From Pseudomonadota bacterium (GTDB lineage Bacteria > Desulfobacterota > QYQD01): a DNA stretch of 45,916 nt. The notes under the pieces were generated by a model. It made no database searches and was not told where the DNA came from. It saw only the letters and a program-made list of their open reading frames with translations. Below are positions 8,442 to 17,705 of the stretch, in pieces. Location: contig DSAQ01000053.1 of assembly GCA_011046395.1 (NCBI GenBank), positions 1 through 45,916 on the forward strand. Reading direction: 5' to 3'. The number at the start of each line of letters is the position of its first letter. The stretch's first letter is position 1. Position numbers and translations under genes: made by a program.

Positions 8442-8969
8442 ATGAAAAAGGGACTACTAATAGGGATAATGATTGTCCTCATGTTTGCCGGGCAATCGTG
8501 GGCGGAGGAAAAAACTAAAATAGCTATTCTGAACATACAAAAAGTACTGGCGGAGTCTGAAGTAGGCAAAAAGACTAAAGATGACTTATCCTTAAGATTT
8601 AAGGCTCTGCAGGAAAAAATAAACAAAAAACAGGATGAGTTGGAAAAATTCAGGCAGGACTTAGAGAAAAAAAGCGCTGTCCTCAGCGCTGAAGCCAAAG
8701 ACGAAAAAGAGAGAGAATACCAGAAACAATACCGGGAATTTAAACAGCTTTACGAGGATGCCCAATATGAGATGCAGCAAGCTGAACGCAAGGCAACTGA
8801 GCCTTTAATAAAGAGCCTGCAAACGATTCTGGAAAAATTTGGCAAAGAGCAGGGGTACACGCTGATATTAGACCCCGTAAGGAGTGGTGTTGTTTATGCT
8901 GCGGAAGAAATCGACATCACGGATAAGATCCTCGACCTCTTCAATAAGGGCACTAAGGTAAAAAAATAA
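8442..8969 (+). CDS. skp: OmpH/Skp periplasmic chaperone
   Basis: Signal peptide, KIAILNIQKVL, long coiled coil, GYTLILD...VVYA...DITD. Confidence 0.9.
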   Translation: MKKGLLIGIMIVLMFAGQSWAEEKTKIAILNIQKVLAESEVGKKTKDDLSLRFKALQEKINKKQDELEKFRQDLEKKSAVLSAEAKDEKEREYQKQYREFKQLYEDAQYEMQQAERKATEPLIKSLQTILEKFGKEQGYTLILDPVRSGVVYAAEEIDITDKILDLFNKGTKVKK

Positions 8970-8994
8970 ATCGATTGAAAATCGCAAATCTAAT

Positions 8995-9025
8995 AAAAAA
9001 GGGCGGGCGTCACCCGCCCTTTTTT
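8995..9025. terminator. Bidirectional intrinsic terminator between convergent skp and mgtE
   Basis: A6-GGGCGGG-CGTCA-CCCGCCC-T6. Confidence 0.85.
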
Positions 9026-10376
9026 ATTTAAACAGGATAAATCGAGCCACCTGGAAATAGGTGAACACCCCCAGCACATCGACCATTGTTGTAATAAAAG
9101 GGGCGGACATGATGGCCGGATCAAGTTTTAAACGCGAGAAGACAAAAGGCAGCATACCTCCCGCAAGACTGGCCAAAGTCGAGATGACCACGAGACTCAA
9201 ACCAACGGTGAGAGAAACAAGCCAATTACCTTGCAACCAGTGGGCCCAGACTGTCACTATTGTTCCTAACATAACGCCCAATAAACAGCCGATGCCCACT
9301 TCCCGCGACAGCAGGCCCCAATAATTCCTTGCCGATACCTCCCTTAGCGCCAGACCCCTGACCATGACCGTGGAAGACTGCGCACCTATGTTGCCTCCGC
9401 TCCCTATTAAAAGCGGTATAAAAGCCGCCAGCGCAACGACAGACTTTAAGGTATCCGCTTGGCCCATGATAATATTGCCGGTAAGTGTGTTGGTTATGAG
9501 TAGTATCAGAAGCCAGCCTACCCGCCGGCCTACAACAGAAAAAACCCGGGCCTTAAAATATCCCGTATCCGGGACTTCCACACCACCCATACGGTAAATA
9601 TCTTCGGTAACCTCTTCTTCCATAACGTCCATGACGTCATCGACCGTTATTATCCCCACCAGCCTATCTTCTTTATCCACTACCGGCACAGCCAGGAGGT
9701 CGTACTTTTGCAGGTCACGCGCCACTTTTTCCTGGTCGTCCTCTGTCCTTACTGATATGGCGTCGGAGTCCATAATATCGCCGATGATGGCTGTAGGCGG
9801 CTTAATAACCAGGAGCTTGAGAGAAACAATACCCACCAGCCGTCTTTTTTCGTCAACCACATAACAGTAATAGACGGTTTCCTTTTCCAAACCTACGCGT
9901 CTGATCTTGTCCAGGGCCTCAGCTACGGTCATCTCCCTCTTTAGAGCGACGTATTCTGGCGTCATAATACGCCCGGCGGTGTCCTCCGGATAGCCAAGCA
10001 ATGTACTGGTATTTTTACGTTCCTGCGGCGGCAGTAACTGCACCAACCGTTTGGCCACTACAGCCGGCACCTCGTCTAAAAGCCTGGCCAGGTCGTCCGG
10101 CGACATCTCTTCAAGAATATCCTTGACCTTACTGTCTTGAAAATTTTGCAAAAGGTGTTGCTGGTCCGGAGAGCTGAGATGTTCAAAGACATCAACGGCC
10201 AGCTCTTTGTCCAACAACCTGAAGAGAAGCACCTGTTCTTTCGGTGGCTGGTGGGTGATCAGCTCGGCAATATCCTGGGCATTGTTGGCTGAAAGTATCT
10301 GTTTAATGGCCGCAAACCGCCGTTCAGCCAATAATGGCTCTACTTCTTCCCGTAGATCTTTATAGAGCTCTTCCAT
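9024..10376 (-). CDS. mgtE: Magnesium transporter MgtE
   Basis: MgtE N-domain, YPEDTAGRIMT, CBS pair, PLLIGSGGNIGAQ, DPAIMSAPFITTMVD. Confidence 0.95.
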   Translation of the reverse strand: MEELYKDLREEVEPLLAERRFAAIKQILSANNAQDIAELITHQPPKEQVLLFRLLDKELAVDVFEHLSSPDQQHLLQNFQDSKVKDILEEMSPDDLARLLDEVPAVVAKRLVQLLPPQERKNTSTLLGYPEDTAGRIMTPEYVALKREMTVAEALDKIRRVGLEKETVYYCYVVDEKRRLVGIVSLKLLVIKPPTAIIGDIMDSDAISVRTEDDQEKVARDLQKYDLLAVPVVDKEDRLVGIITVDDVMDVMEEEVTEDIYRMGGVEVPDTGYFKARVFSVVGRRVGWLLILLITNTLTGNIIMGQADTLKSVVALAAFIPLLIGSGGNIGAQSSTVMVRGLALREVSARNYWGLLSREVGIGCLLGVMLGTIVTVWAHWLQGNWLVSLTVGLSLVVISTLASLAGGMLPFVFSRLKLDPAIMSAPFITTMVDVLGVFTYFQVARFILFK

Positions 10377-10501
10377 GGCCAGCCTCCACTATGATTTTAT
10401 CCGGGCATCCTGTCCGGCAAAACCGACTACAAATCAAAGTTGAAGGTTTTACCCCAAAACATCTGAATGTCAAACATATTTTAGAGCTATTTTTGAACTT
10501 T

Positions 10502-10520
10502 GACGCCTTCGTAAAAGGTC
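10502..10520 (+). repeat. Solitary end of the GATG..TCGTAAAAAGTC MITE family
   Basis: AACTTT|GACGCCTTCGTAAAAGGTC; same 6-nt left flank (AACTTT) as the copy at 45803. Confidence 0.55.
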
Positions 10521-10535
10521 CGGAGGACTAAAGGC

Positions 10536-12203
10536 TTAAAGCCGGGCAGGGTTAACCGGCAGGTAGATATAACATATTGTCCCCTGATCCTCTTCCGGCG
10601 GACTTTTGAAATAAATCTTACCCCCGTAATACTCAACCAGGCGACAGATCACGGCCAAACCAAGCTCATCCGCACCACCTTCTATCATAGGAAACGGACT
10701 GAACGCACTATCTGTATGATCAGGAAACACTCCTGCACCGCCATATTTCACTAAAAGGCAAAGGAATTTCCCGTCTCCAACTGCAACGTTCCCATCTGCC
10801 TGCTTAACCAATCGTCCGTCTATCCTGATCTCTCCGCCTTCCGGTCCGGTCTCCAGTATTTTAATAAGCAGGTTTTCTATAATCCTGGAAAGGTGCTCAG
10901 GGGCTATCTTTATATAGACAGGCGATTTTAAATCAATCACTACCTGCATACCAATCCGGCCGGTCCGTTCACGAAGATCAGCGACTACCTCCCCCACTAC
11001 TTGTCCGACCTCAATCTCCCTGGCCTCGCTGTCTTCAGGTCTGGCATAGAGCAAAAAATCGGATAATAATCTGTCCAGTCTTTCTGCATCCCGTAATATA
11101 ATATTTATGAATTTTCCCGGGGTTCCGGATCCATCCCGGCCCAGCATCTGGGCACAGCCGCTTAGGGAGGCCAGGGGATTTCTTATCTCATGGGCCATAG
11201 CCGCGGTCAGTTTCCCGATGGAAGCCAAGACCTGCTGACGCTGAATCTCTGCCTCCATGGCCTTAATTTCTGTCATGTCCTGAAACAAGATGAGCTGGCC
11301 TATATTTTCGTGCTCCGCATTCTTCAGGGACGATATTAAAAAGGAAAGCCACAGCTCTCTGCCCTCTCTATTTTTATACTGAAAACTGGAAAGGTTATTG
11401 TTTTCAGAGATATTATCCCCTTCGGAAGGCAGGTTAAGATGTGGAAAAACCGTGGCTAAGGGTTGACCTGTAACCTCATTGTGGGAAAAAGCGGTAATGT
11501 CCTCCGCTGTGCGGTTAAACGAAGTTATCCGGCCATGCGTATCTAAAGTAAAAAGGCCGGTATTTATCGATTGTACGATGTTCCGGTTGAATGCCTCTAA
11601 TTCCCATATATTCCTCTGTCTTCTGTCCAGTTCAATAGCATCTTTCCTGGCCTGTTCAGACCAATAGCTGCTTAAAAAAGCCATAAAATAAAAGGCTGTT
11701 ATGTGAATACTAGCCTGGTAAATTACGTGGCCGACTGAAATACCGGCCAGGTCTATGGGGTCAAAGTTGAGGGGCGCTATGTAACCAAGATATTGAAAAT
11801 CGAGAAGGGCCGCGTAGAGTATGCCGCTCAACGAGGCTGCTATTACCCCCCCCCGCCTGTAAAGCAACCGGCTGGCCACCATGATTACCAGCAGGTACAG
11901 AAAGGTGAAAGGACTGCTTATCCCGCCGGTCACATAAATTAAGGCCGTAACCAGGAGGGGATCCAGGATCATCTGCACAAAAATGACCCGGCCGGGATCT
12001 CTGATCACCCTGAGCAGAATACTATAGACAACGGTCAGAAGATATACAGAGGATATAAATACGTATAAAGGAAACAGGGTGCCCAATACACCGGCCGGGC
12101 GTGACTGATACTGGATGAGGACAGTAATGACCAGAAGGAGAGTGGCCACCACCACCCTCAAAGACATTAACCATAGCGCCCTGCTGAGATGTGAGTCACT
12201 CAA
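10536..12203 (-). CDS. pilS: PilS-like membrane sensor (6 TM - PAS - HisKA) with degenerate HATPase domain
   Basis: PilS-type N-terminus (TGGISSPFTFLY), PAS domain and H-box AHEIRNPL; abuts pilC; TTG start. N, G1 and G2 boxes are degenerate. Confidence 0.82.
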   Translation of the reverse strand: MSDSHLSRALWLMSLRVVVATLLLVITVLIQYQSRPAGVLGTLFPLYVFISSVYLLTVVYSILLRVIRDPGRVIFVQMILDPLLVTALIYVTGGISSPFTFLYLLVIMVASRLLYRRGGVIAASLSGILYAALLDFQYLGYIAPLNFDPIDLAGISVGHVIYQASIHITAFYFMAFLSSYWSEQARKDAIELDRRQRNIWELEAFNRNIVQSINTGLFTLDTHGRITSFNRTAEDITAFSHNEVTGQPLATVFPHLNLPSEGDNISENNNLSSFQYKNREGRELWLSFLISSLKNAEHENIGQLILFQDMTEIKAMEAEIQRQQVLASIGKLTAAMAHEIRNPLASLSGCAQMLGRDGSGTPGKFINIILRDAERLDRLLSDFLLYARPEDSEAREIEVGQVVGEVVADLRERTGRIGMQVVIDLKSPVYIKIAPEHLSRIIENLLIKILETGPEGGEIRIDGRLVKQADGNVAVGDGKFLCLLVKYGGAGVFPDHTDSAFSPFPMIEGGADELGLAVICRLVEYYGGKIYFKSPPEEDQGTICYIYLPVNPARL

Positions 12204-13415
12204 TTAATTACCTACCGCCGCCGCCATCTTAAAGATAGGCAAATACATGGCAATGACTAAGCCGCCAATAGTCCCCCCGAGAAAGACCATCATAAAGGGT
12301 TCGATCATAGACGTTAAGGCATCTACGGCCGCATCTACCTCGTCATCATAAAAATCGGCAATCTTTCCCAGCATGGCATCCAGGGCGCCTGTCGTTTCAC
12401 CCACGGTGATCATTTGAACCACCATGTTAGGGAACACCCCGGTCTCCATGAGCGGTTCGGCTATCGGGCGGCCCTCGCTTATGTTTACCCTGACCTTTAA
12501 GATAGCCTCTTCAATGATCTTATTTCCAGCCGTGCCGGCTACTATGTTTAAGGAATCCAGTATCGGGACACCGCTGCTTATCAGGGTTCCCAGGGTCCGG
12601 GTAAATTTAGCTACGGCTACCTTGCGGACCAGCGGTCCGAACACCGGGAGCCTGAGAACAAGGCTGTCCACCCATTTCCTGCCCTTAGCCGTAGAGTAAA
12701 ATCTCCGAAAGGCAAATACAAACGCAATCAGCCCGGCAATCATAAAAATGATATTTTTCTTAAAGAAATCGCTCAGATTAATAACAAGTTGAGTAGGAGC
12801 CGGTAATGCCTGGCCGAAATCGGCAAACATTTTCTGGAACACCGGGATAACAAAGATGAGGATTACGGCCACGACTAAAACAGCAATGCAAAGGACTACT
12901 AAGGGATAAGTCAGTGCACCTTTGACTTTTTTCTTCAATTTCATAACCTTTTCCATGTACATAGCCAGACGATTGAGGATAACATCCAGTATGCCGCCCA
13001 ACTCCCCCGCGGCTACCATCTTGGAAAAGAGGCTGTCAAAAATCTTATCATGCTTTGCCAGAGAATCGGCAAATGTTGAGCCGGTCTCTACGTTCGTCTT
13101 TATATCCGTAAGCACATCCCTGAAAGTCTTATTGATCTGCTGCTTGGCCAGGATATCCAGGCCCTGAATAAGAGGCAGGCCCGCATCTATCATGGTAGAA
13201 AGTTGTCGTGTAAAAATGACTATATCTTTCTGTGTCACCTTGGGCTTTAAAAATTTGATATTCCCCAGGAGATCCTTTGGTTTTTTCTTTATCTTCGTAG
13301 GTGTTAGCTGCAACCTCCTCAACTGAACCCGCACCGTGGTCTCATCCGGCGCTTCTAACTCACCGCTCCTCTTTTCCCCTTTGCCTGTCTTTGCTTCCCA
13401 GATATAAACAGCCAT
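12204..13415 (-). CDS. pilC: Type IV pilus inner-membrane platform protein PilC
   Basis: FTRQLSTMIDAGLPL, AGELGGILD, GETTGALD, LTSMIEP, AMYLPIF. Confidence 0.93.
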   Translation of the reverse strand: MAVYIWEAKTGKGEKRSGELEAPDETTVRVQLRRLQLTPTKIKKKPKDLLGNIKFLKPKVTQKDIVIFTRQLSTMIDAGLPLIQGLDILAKQQINKTFRDVLTDIKTNVETGSTFADSLAKHDKIFDSLFSKMVAAGELGGILDVILNRLAMYMEKVMKLKKKVKGALTYPLVVLCIAVLVVAVILIFVIPVFQKMFADFGQALPAPTQLVINLSDFFKKNIIFMIAGLIAFVFAFRRFYSTAKGRKWVDSLVLRLPVFGPLVRKVAVAKFTRTLGTLISSGVPILDSLNIVAGTAGNKIIEEAILKVRVNISEGRPIAEPLMETGVFPNMVVQMITVGETTGALDAMLGKIADFYDDEVDAAVDALTSMIEPFMMVFLGGTIGGLVIAMYLPIFKMAAAVGN

Positions 13416-13453
13416 CTTTATCCCTCCTTAAGTCCTCTAAAACCCCGTAACTA

Positions 13454-15145
13454 TCAATCTGCTACCGTTGTTCGGGCCACTTCTTCTATTGTGGTAACTC
13501 CTTCGAGTATCTTGGTTAACCCGCTCTGACGGAGCGTTTTCGTGCCCAAACGTATAGTCTCTTTCTTAATCTCCATGGCCGAGGCCCCCACCAGAACCAT
13601 TTCTTTCAATTCTTCATACATAGGCATAACCTCATAGAGGGCAATCCGTCCCCGATAACCACTCTGATTGCAATTAAGGCAGCCCTTGCCCTTGTAGCAG
13701 ATAATCTCTCCGTCAGACTCCTGTTGTAACCCCATATTTCGTAAGACCTCGCTAGGAATAGAGACTTCCTCCTTACAATCCGGACAAATCTTTCGTACTA
13801 AACGCTGAGCCAGGATAAGATTGACAGAAGATGACACCAAAAATGGCTCTACGCCCATATTGAGCAGACGGTTAATCGTAGAAGGAGCATCATTGGTATG
13901 AAGCGTAGAAAGGACCAGATGCCCGGTCAGGGCAGCCTTGACTCCAATCTCTGCCGTCTCAAAATCTCTAATCTCACCAACCATAATTATGTCTGGATCC
14001 TGCCTCAAGAATGACCGTAAGGCAGCCGCAAAGGTCAAACCTATATCATCATGGATTTGTACCTGGTTTATGCCCATTAGGTTGAATTCCACAGGGTCTT
14101 CCGCAGTCGAAATATTCTCGGTCACCTTATTTAACTCGGCCAGTGCCGAATAAAGGGTGGTGGTCTTCCCGCTCCCGGTCGGTCCGGTAACCAGGACCAT
14201 ACCATAGGGCTTGTGGATAGCCTCCATAAAATCATCCAGGGCCTTTTCCTCAAAACCCAGCCTGGTCATATCCAGTTGGAGATTAGACTTGTCGAGGAGC
14301 CGTAAGACTACTTTTTCACCGAATAGGGTGGGCAGCACCGATACCCGGAAATCCATCTCCTTACCCTTCCCTACGATTAGCTTTATACGCCCGTCCTGAG
14401 GCAGCCTCCTCTCCGCAATATCCAGTTTGGACATAATCTTAATTCGCGAGATTATCGCGTTCTTCAGTCGCAAAGGTGGGTTCATTATCTCATATAAGAC
14501 GCCATCGATTCTGAACCTGACCCGAAAGACCTTTTCATACGGTTCTACATGGATATCGCTGGCCTGCTTTTTAATAGCGTCAGCCAGAATAAAGTTAACC
14601 AGCTTAACAACCGGCGCCTCCGTGGCTGCTGTAGCCAGGACTGAGGCATCGAGCTCTTCCTCATCACCGGCATAGTCCATCCCTTCGTCTTTAAATCCCT
14701 CCATCACATCGCTCAGGGAAGCAGACATATCATAAAAACGATCAATGGCCTTTTTGATCGCCAGGTCAGTGGCTAACTGAACTACCACGTTTGTACCGGT
14801 AAAAAACTTTATGTCATCTATGGCCGAAATGTTGGAGGGATCAGCTATGGCCACGGTCAAAACCGAGCCGACTTTCTTTAGCGGGATAACATATTTCTGG
14901 ACAATACGGGGGGGGATAAGCCTGATAACCTCCTCGGGGATATCTATAGCGGAAGGATCCACCACGGAAACCCCAAATTGTCTGCTCAAAAAACTGAGCA
15001 GGGCATTTTCAGCAAGAATGCCCATTTTAACAAGATGATAACCAAGAGTCCCCCCGTGGAGCCTTTGTTCGTTCAAGACCCTTTTCAGTTGTTCCACGGT
15101 TATCAACTTTTCTCTAACTAATAATTCGCCGAGACGGGTTGACAT
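13454..15145 (-). CDS. pilB: Type IV-A pilus assembly ATPase PilB
   Basis: RLGELLV (MshEN-like) N-terminus, ASDIHVEP, Walker A GPTGSGKTT, TAEDPVE, LRQDPD, GHLVLSTLHTND, tetracysteine motif. Confidence 0.95.
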   Translation of the reverse strand: MSTRLGELLVREKLITVEQLKRVLNEQRLHGGTLGYHLVKMGILAENALLSFLSRQFGVSVVDPSAIDIPEEVIRLIPPRIVQKYVIPLKKVGSVLTVAIADPSNISAIDDIKFFTGTNVVVQLATDLAIKKAIDRFYDMSASLSDVMEGFKDEGMDYAGDEEELDASVLATAATEAPVVKLVNFILADAIKKQASDIHVEPYEKVFRVRFRIDGVLYEIMNPPLRLKNAIISRIKIMSKLDIAERRLPQDGRIKLIVGKGKEMDFRVSVLPTLFGEKVVLRLLDKSNLQLDMTRLGFEEKALDDFMEAIHKPYGMVLVTGPTGSGKTTTLYSALAELNKVTENISTAEDPVEFNLMGINQVQIHDDIGLTFAAALRSFLRQDPDIIMVGEIRDFETAEIGVKAALTGHLVLSTLHTNDAPSTINRLLNMGVEPFLVSSSVNLILAQRLVRKICPDCKEEVSIPSEVLRNMGLQQESDGEIICYKGKGCLNCNQSGYRGRIALYEVMPMYEELKEMVLVGASAMEIKKETIRLGTKTLRQSGLTKILEGVTTIEEVARTTVAD

Positions 15146-15294
15146 ACATATCCACCTAATTTATATCCTGATCGGCATCTCCGGGCAAACCCTTGAACAC
15201 GCCCTGGCGCATCTACGACCGGCTTAGGTTGCCTTGTCACATTCGTTTGATAAAACACGCCTTTCAGCCGATAATATTGTTAGCAGTCAGCTTT

Positions 15295-15427
15295 GATGAC
15301 TTCGTAAGAAGTAAGATGTTACCGCAGAGATCGCTGAGAACGCCGAGATAATATATTGAATAGTTTATATTTTTTCTCTGCGGGCTCTGCGTGCTCAGCG
15401 GTGAAAAGGCTTTTTTACGAAATCATC
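15295..15427. mobile_element. MITE with GATGA(C/T)TTCGTAA ends enclosing a 9-nt-periodic hairpin
   Basis: Left end GATGACTTCGTAAGAAG; right end reverse complement GATGATTTCGTAAAAAAG. Inner arms 15321-15348 and 15375-15402 are built from CGCAGAGnn-like units. Flanks AGCTTT/AGCCCT. Confidence 0.7.
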
Positions 15428-15476
15428 AGCCCTAAGCATGCGCAAAATCAGCGCAAAGCCGAAGGCTGAATGCACA

Positions 15477-15615
15477 GTATCCGTTCACCGTTCACCGTTC
15501 ACCGAAAAAGACGTTTTCGTGTTTTTCACGGACAACGGTGGCCGAATAACGGAAATTTTGACCAAGGCAACCGTGTTGCCGTGACAACGGTGAACTGATA
15601 ACGGTGAACGGATAC
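15477..15615. mobile_element. MITE with GTATCCGTTCACCGTT terminal inverted repeats
   Basis: Perfect 16-bp TIRs (15477-15492, 15600-15615) and CCGTTCA heptamer runs; 33 nt identical (inverted) to 31353-31385. No clear target duplication. Confidence 0.75.
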
Positions 15616-15646
15616 AACGATTGTTTCCGGACGGAAACCAGGCGAC

Positions 15647-17596
15647 ATGGAAGAACTGGCCCCTAATAACATAGAAGTCTTTTATGCACTTCCCGGAGTG
15701 GATTTCCTGGCATTTCTCCCGGAAGAGGAACTCTTCCATTTAGCAAAACGGTTCAAAAGGCTCCAGGCCAGAAAAGGTGAGACAATCTGCCGGGAAGGAG
15801 ATCCGGGAGATTCACTTTTCATAATCAAGTCCGGCATGGTTGGCGTTTACGTAAGGAAGGACGAGCAGGATAACCTTATTGCCCAATTACACCGGGGAGA
15901 TTTCTTCGGTGAACGGGCCATTCTCACCGGGGAACCAAGGATGGCTACAGTCAAAGCAGCCCTTGACGTCGAACTTTTTGAACTTAAGAAAGCAGATTTT
16001 GAGGAACTACTGTACAAACATCCATCGGTTGCTCTGCACATCAGCCGCGTTATATCTTCCAGGTTCAGTAAGGTTGGAGGGCTTATTACTCCGCTGCTCA
16101 CCCCTTGTTTTTATAGTGTCATCGGTTCTCATGCCGGCCTTGGTTGCTCCACTTTCACTGCTATGCTGGCGGTATCCGTCACCCGTGAAACAGGGGGAAA
16201 AGTCCTGGTTATAGACTTGGAAGCCTCCTGTGGACAGGTCTTACATATCTTGGGCGGGGAACAGATAGACTGCCCGGACAAACGATTAATTGAAGACTTT
16301 TCTCCGGAAACCAGGGCTAAGCTAAGGCAATCCTGGTACAAAAGTCCCAACGGTGTCACTATCTTCCAGTTGCCGCAAACGAGTGATCGACAATTTGTTG
16401 CGGAAATCAGGTCGCATCTATCCTCTATCATGGAAGTATTGAAAAATAATTTTGCATTTGTCTTTTTCGATCTCCACCCTGTGATCAATACGGTGAGTAA
16501 AAGGGTCTTGAGGCTCTCTGACTGCATTCTCTTTCTTAGCCCGACCCTTGCGGAAGATATGGCCGATGTCCGGAAAAAGCTCCGTCAGATTCAGAATATC
16601 ACCGATTCTACGTCAGCGCGGGTCAAGATCGGCACAAGCCATACAAGAGGAGACACAGGTCTTCACCGCGCTGAAATAAAGGCCCGTCTGAACCTGGCCG
16701 AGGTTCCGGAGATATGGCAATATAAGGAGGAAGAAAAAAATAGAACTGCGCTGAGAAGACTGGCGCGCGAAATTTGCAAAAGACGAGTCGGGGTAGCGCT
16801 CGGGGCCGGAGGCGCACGGGGATGGACACATCTGGGCGTTCTGAAAGCGCTGGAAGAAAGGGGCATCCCCATAGATATGATGGCCGGATGCAGCATCGGG
16901 GCATTTGTAGCCGCATTATACGGGAAGACCGGTTCGGCAAAAGAGGCTATAAAACTGGCCTTGTCCTATTTCTCCACCACTCGCCAGGTAAGAAAAAATA
17001 TATACGACTACACACTGCTGGGCGGTGGAGTTTTAAAGGGAAATCGCATCCTCTCCGTACTCGAAGAGATGTTAGAGGGTGCAGATTTTCTTGACCTATC
17101 GATCCCGGTGAGTATTATTGCCGTTGACATGGCCACCGGTCAGGAGGTTATTATGGAGCGGGGGTCGGTGAGCAAGGCCGTGAGGGCCAGTATATCCAGC
17201 CCGGGCATGTTCAATCCATTTAATATGAATGGACAGTGGCTTAGCGATGGGGCGCTTCTCAATCCGTTGCCCGTGGATGTACTTGTCAATAAAGGCGCCG
17301 ACTTTGTATTAGCTTCGGTAGTAGAAAGGCGTACCCGCGAGCACTGGCCTGAAAATAGCGGGCCTTCTATCTTAGGCGTACTCGCCCGTTCCTTCTCCAT
17401 AATGTTTTCCCATGCGGCACGGGAAAGCATTAATAAATCTGACATCGTTATTTATCCTGATGTCGAAGGCTACCGGTGGGGAGATTTCCATATGGGAAAG
17501 GAATTAATACGCAGGGGAGAAGAGGCCTGCCTTAAAAAGATCGAAGAGATTGAGAAATTAATAAGCGGAGAACTACCAGCAGTCGGCAGTCGATAG
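15647..17596 (+). CDS. cNMP-binding / ParA-MinD-like / patatin-like phospholipase
   Basis: cNMP domain (GDFFGERAIL..EPRMATV); central P-loop-like region (VIGSHAGLGCST...VLVID); patatin motifs GAGGARG, GCSIG, DGA. Confidence 0.88.
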   Translation: MEELAPNNIEVFYALPGVDFLAFLPEEELFHLAKRFKRLQARKGETICREGDPGDSLFIIKSGMVGVYVRKDEQDNLIAQLHRGDFFGERAILTGEPRMATVKAALDVELFELKKADFEELLYKHPSVALHISRVISSRFSKVGGLITPLLTPCFYSVIGSHAGLGCSTFTAMLAVSVTRETGGKVLVIDLEASCGQVLHILGGEQIDCPDKRLIEDFSPETRAKLRQSWYKSPNGVTIFQLPQTSDRQFVAEIRSHLSSIMEVLKNNFAFVFFDLHPVINTVSKRVLRLSDCILFLSPTLAEDMADVRKKLRQIQNITDSTSARVKIGTSHTRGDTGLHRAEIKARLNLAEVPEIWQYKEEEKNRTALRRLAREICKRRVGVALGAGGARGWTHLGVLKALEERGIPIDMMAGCSIGAFVAALYGKTGSAKEAIKLALSYFSTTRQVRKNIYDYTLLGGGVLKGNRILSVLEEMLEGADFLDLSIPVSIIAVDMATGQEVIMERGSVSKAVRASISSPGMFNPFNMNGQWLSDGALLNPLPVDVLVNKGADFVLASVVERRTREHWPENSGPSILGVLARSFSIMFSHAARESINKSDIVIYPDVEGYRWGDFHMGKELIRRGEEACLKKIEEIEKLISGELPAVGSR

Positions 17597-17695
17597 TCGG
17601 CAGTCAGGGACCGTCAGTTCGCCGCGGCGAACGAAAGGTACGAACGAATCGAACAACTCGAACGAATTGATAGCTGATAGCTGAAGGCTCATAGG
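17577..17695. repeat. Composite short-period repeat patch (7-mers, 16-bp palindrome, 9-mers)
   Basis: CGGCAGT-type 7-mers at 17577-17608, GTTCGCCGCGGCGAAC at 17617-17632, CGAACGAAT-type 9-mers at 17641-17667, TGATAGC-type 7-mers at 17668-17695. Confidence 0.7.
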
Positions 17696-17705
17696 ATCAC
17701 CGGAC

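Noticed and set aside
10502-15427. Composite transposon carrying pilS-pilC-pilB between GATG-type ends
   Set aside because: The 15427 end pairs with the nearer 15295 end, and the flanks AACTTT and AGCCCT are not a duplication.
17577-17695. CRISPR array (also considered at 45651-45704)
   Set aside because: Units are 7-9 nt without spacers, and no cas genes are present.
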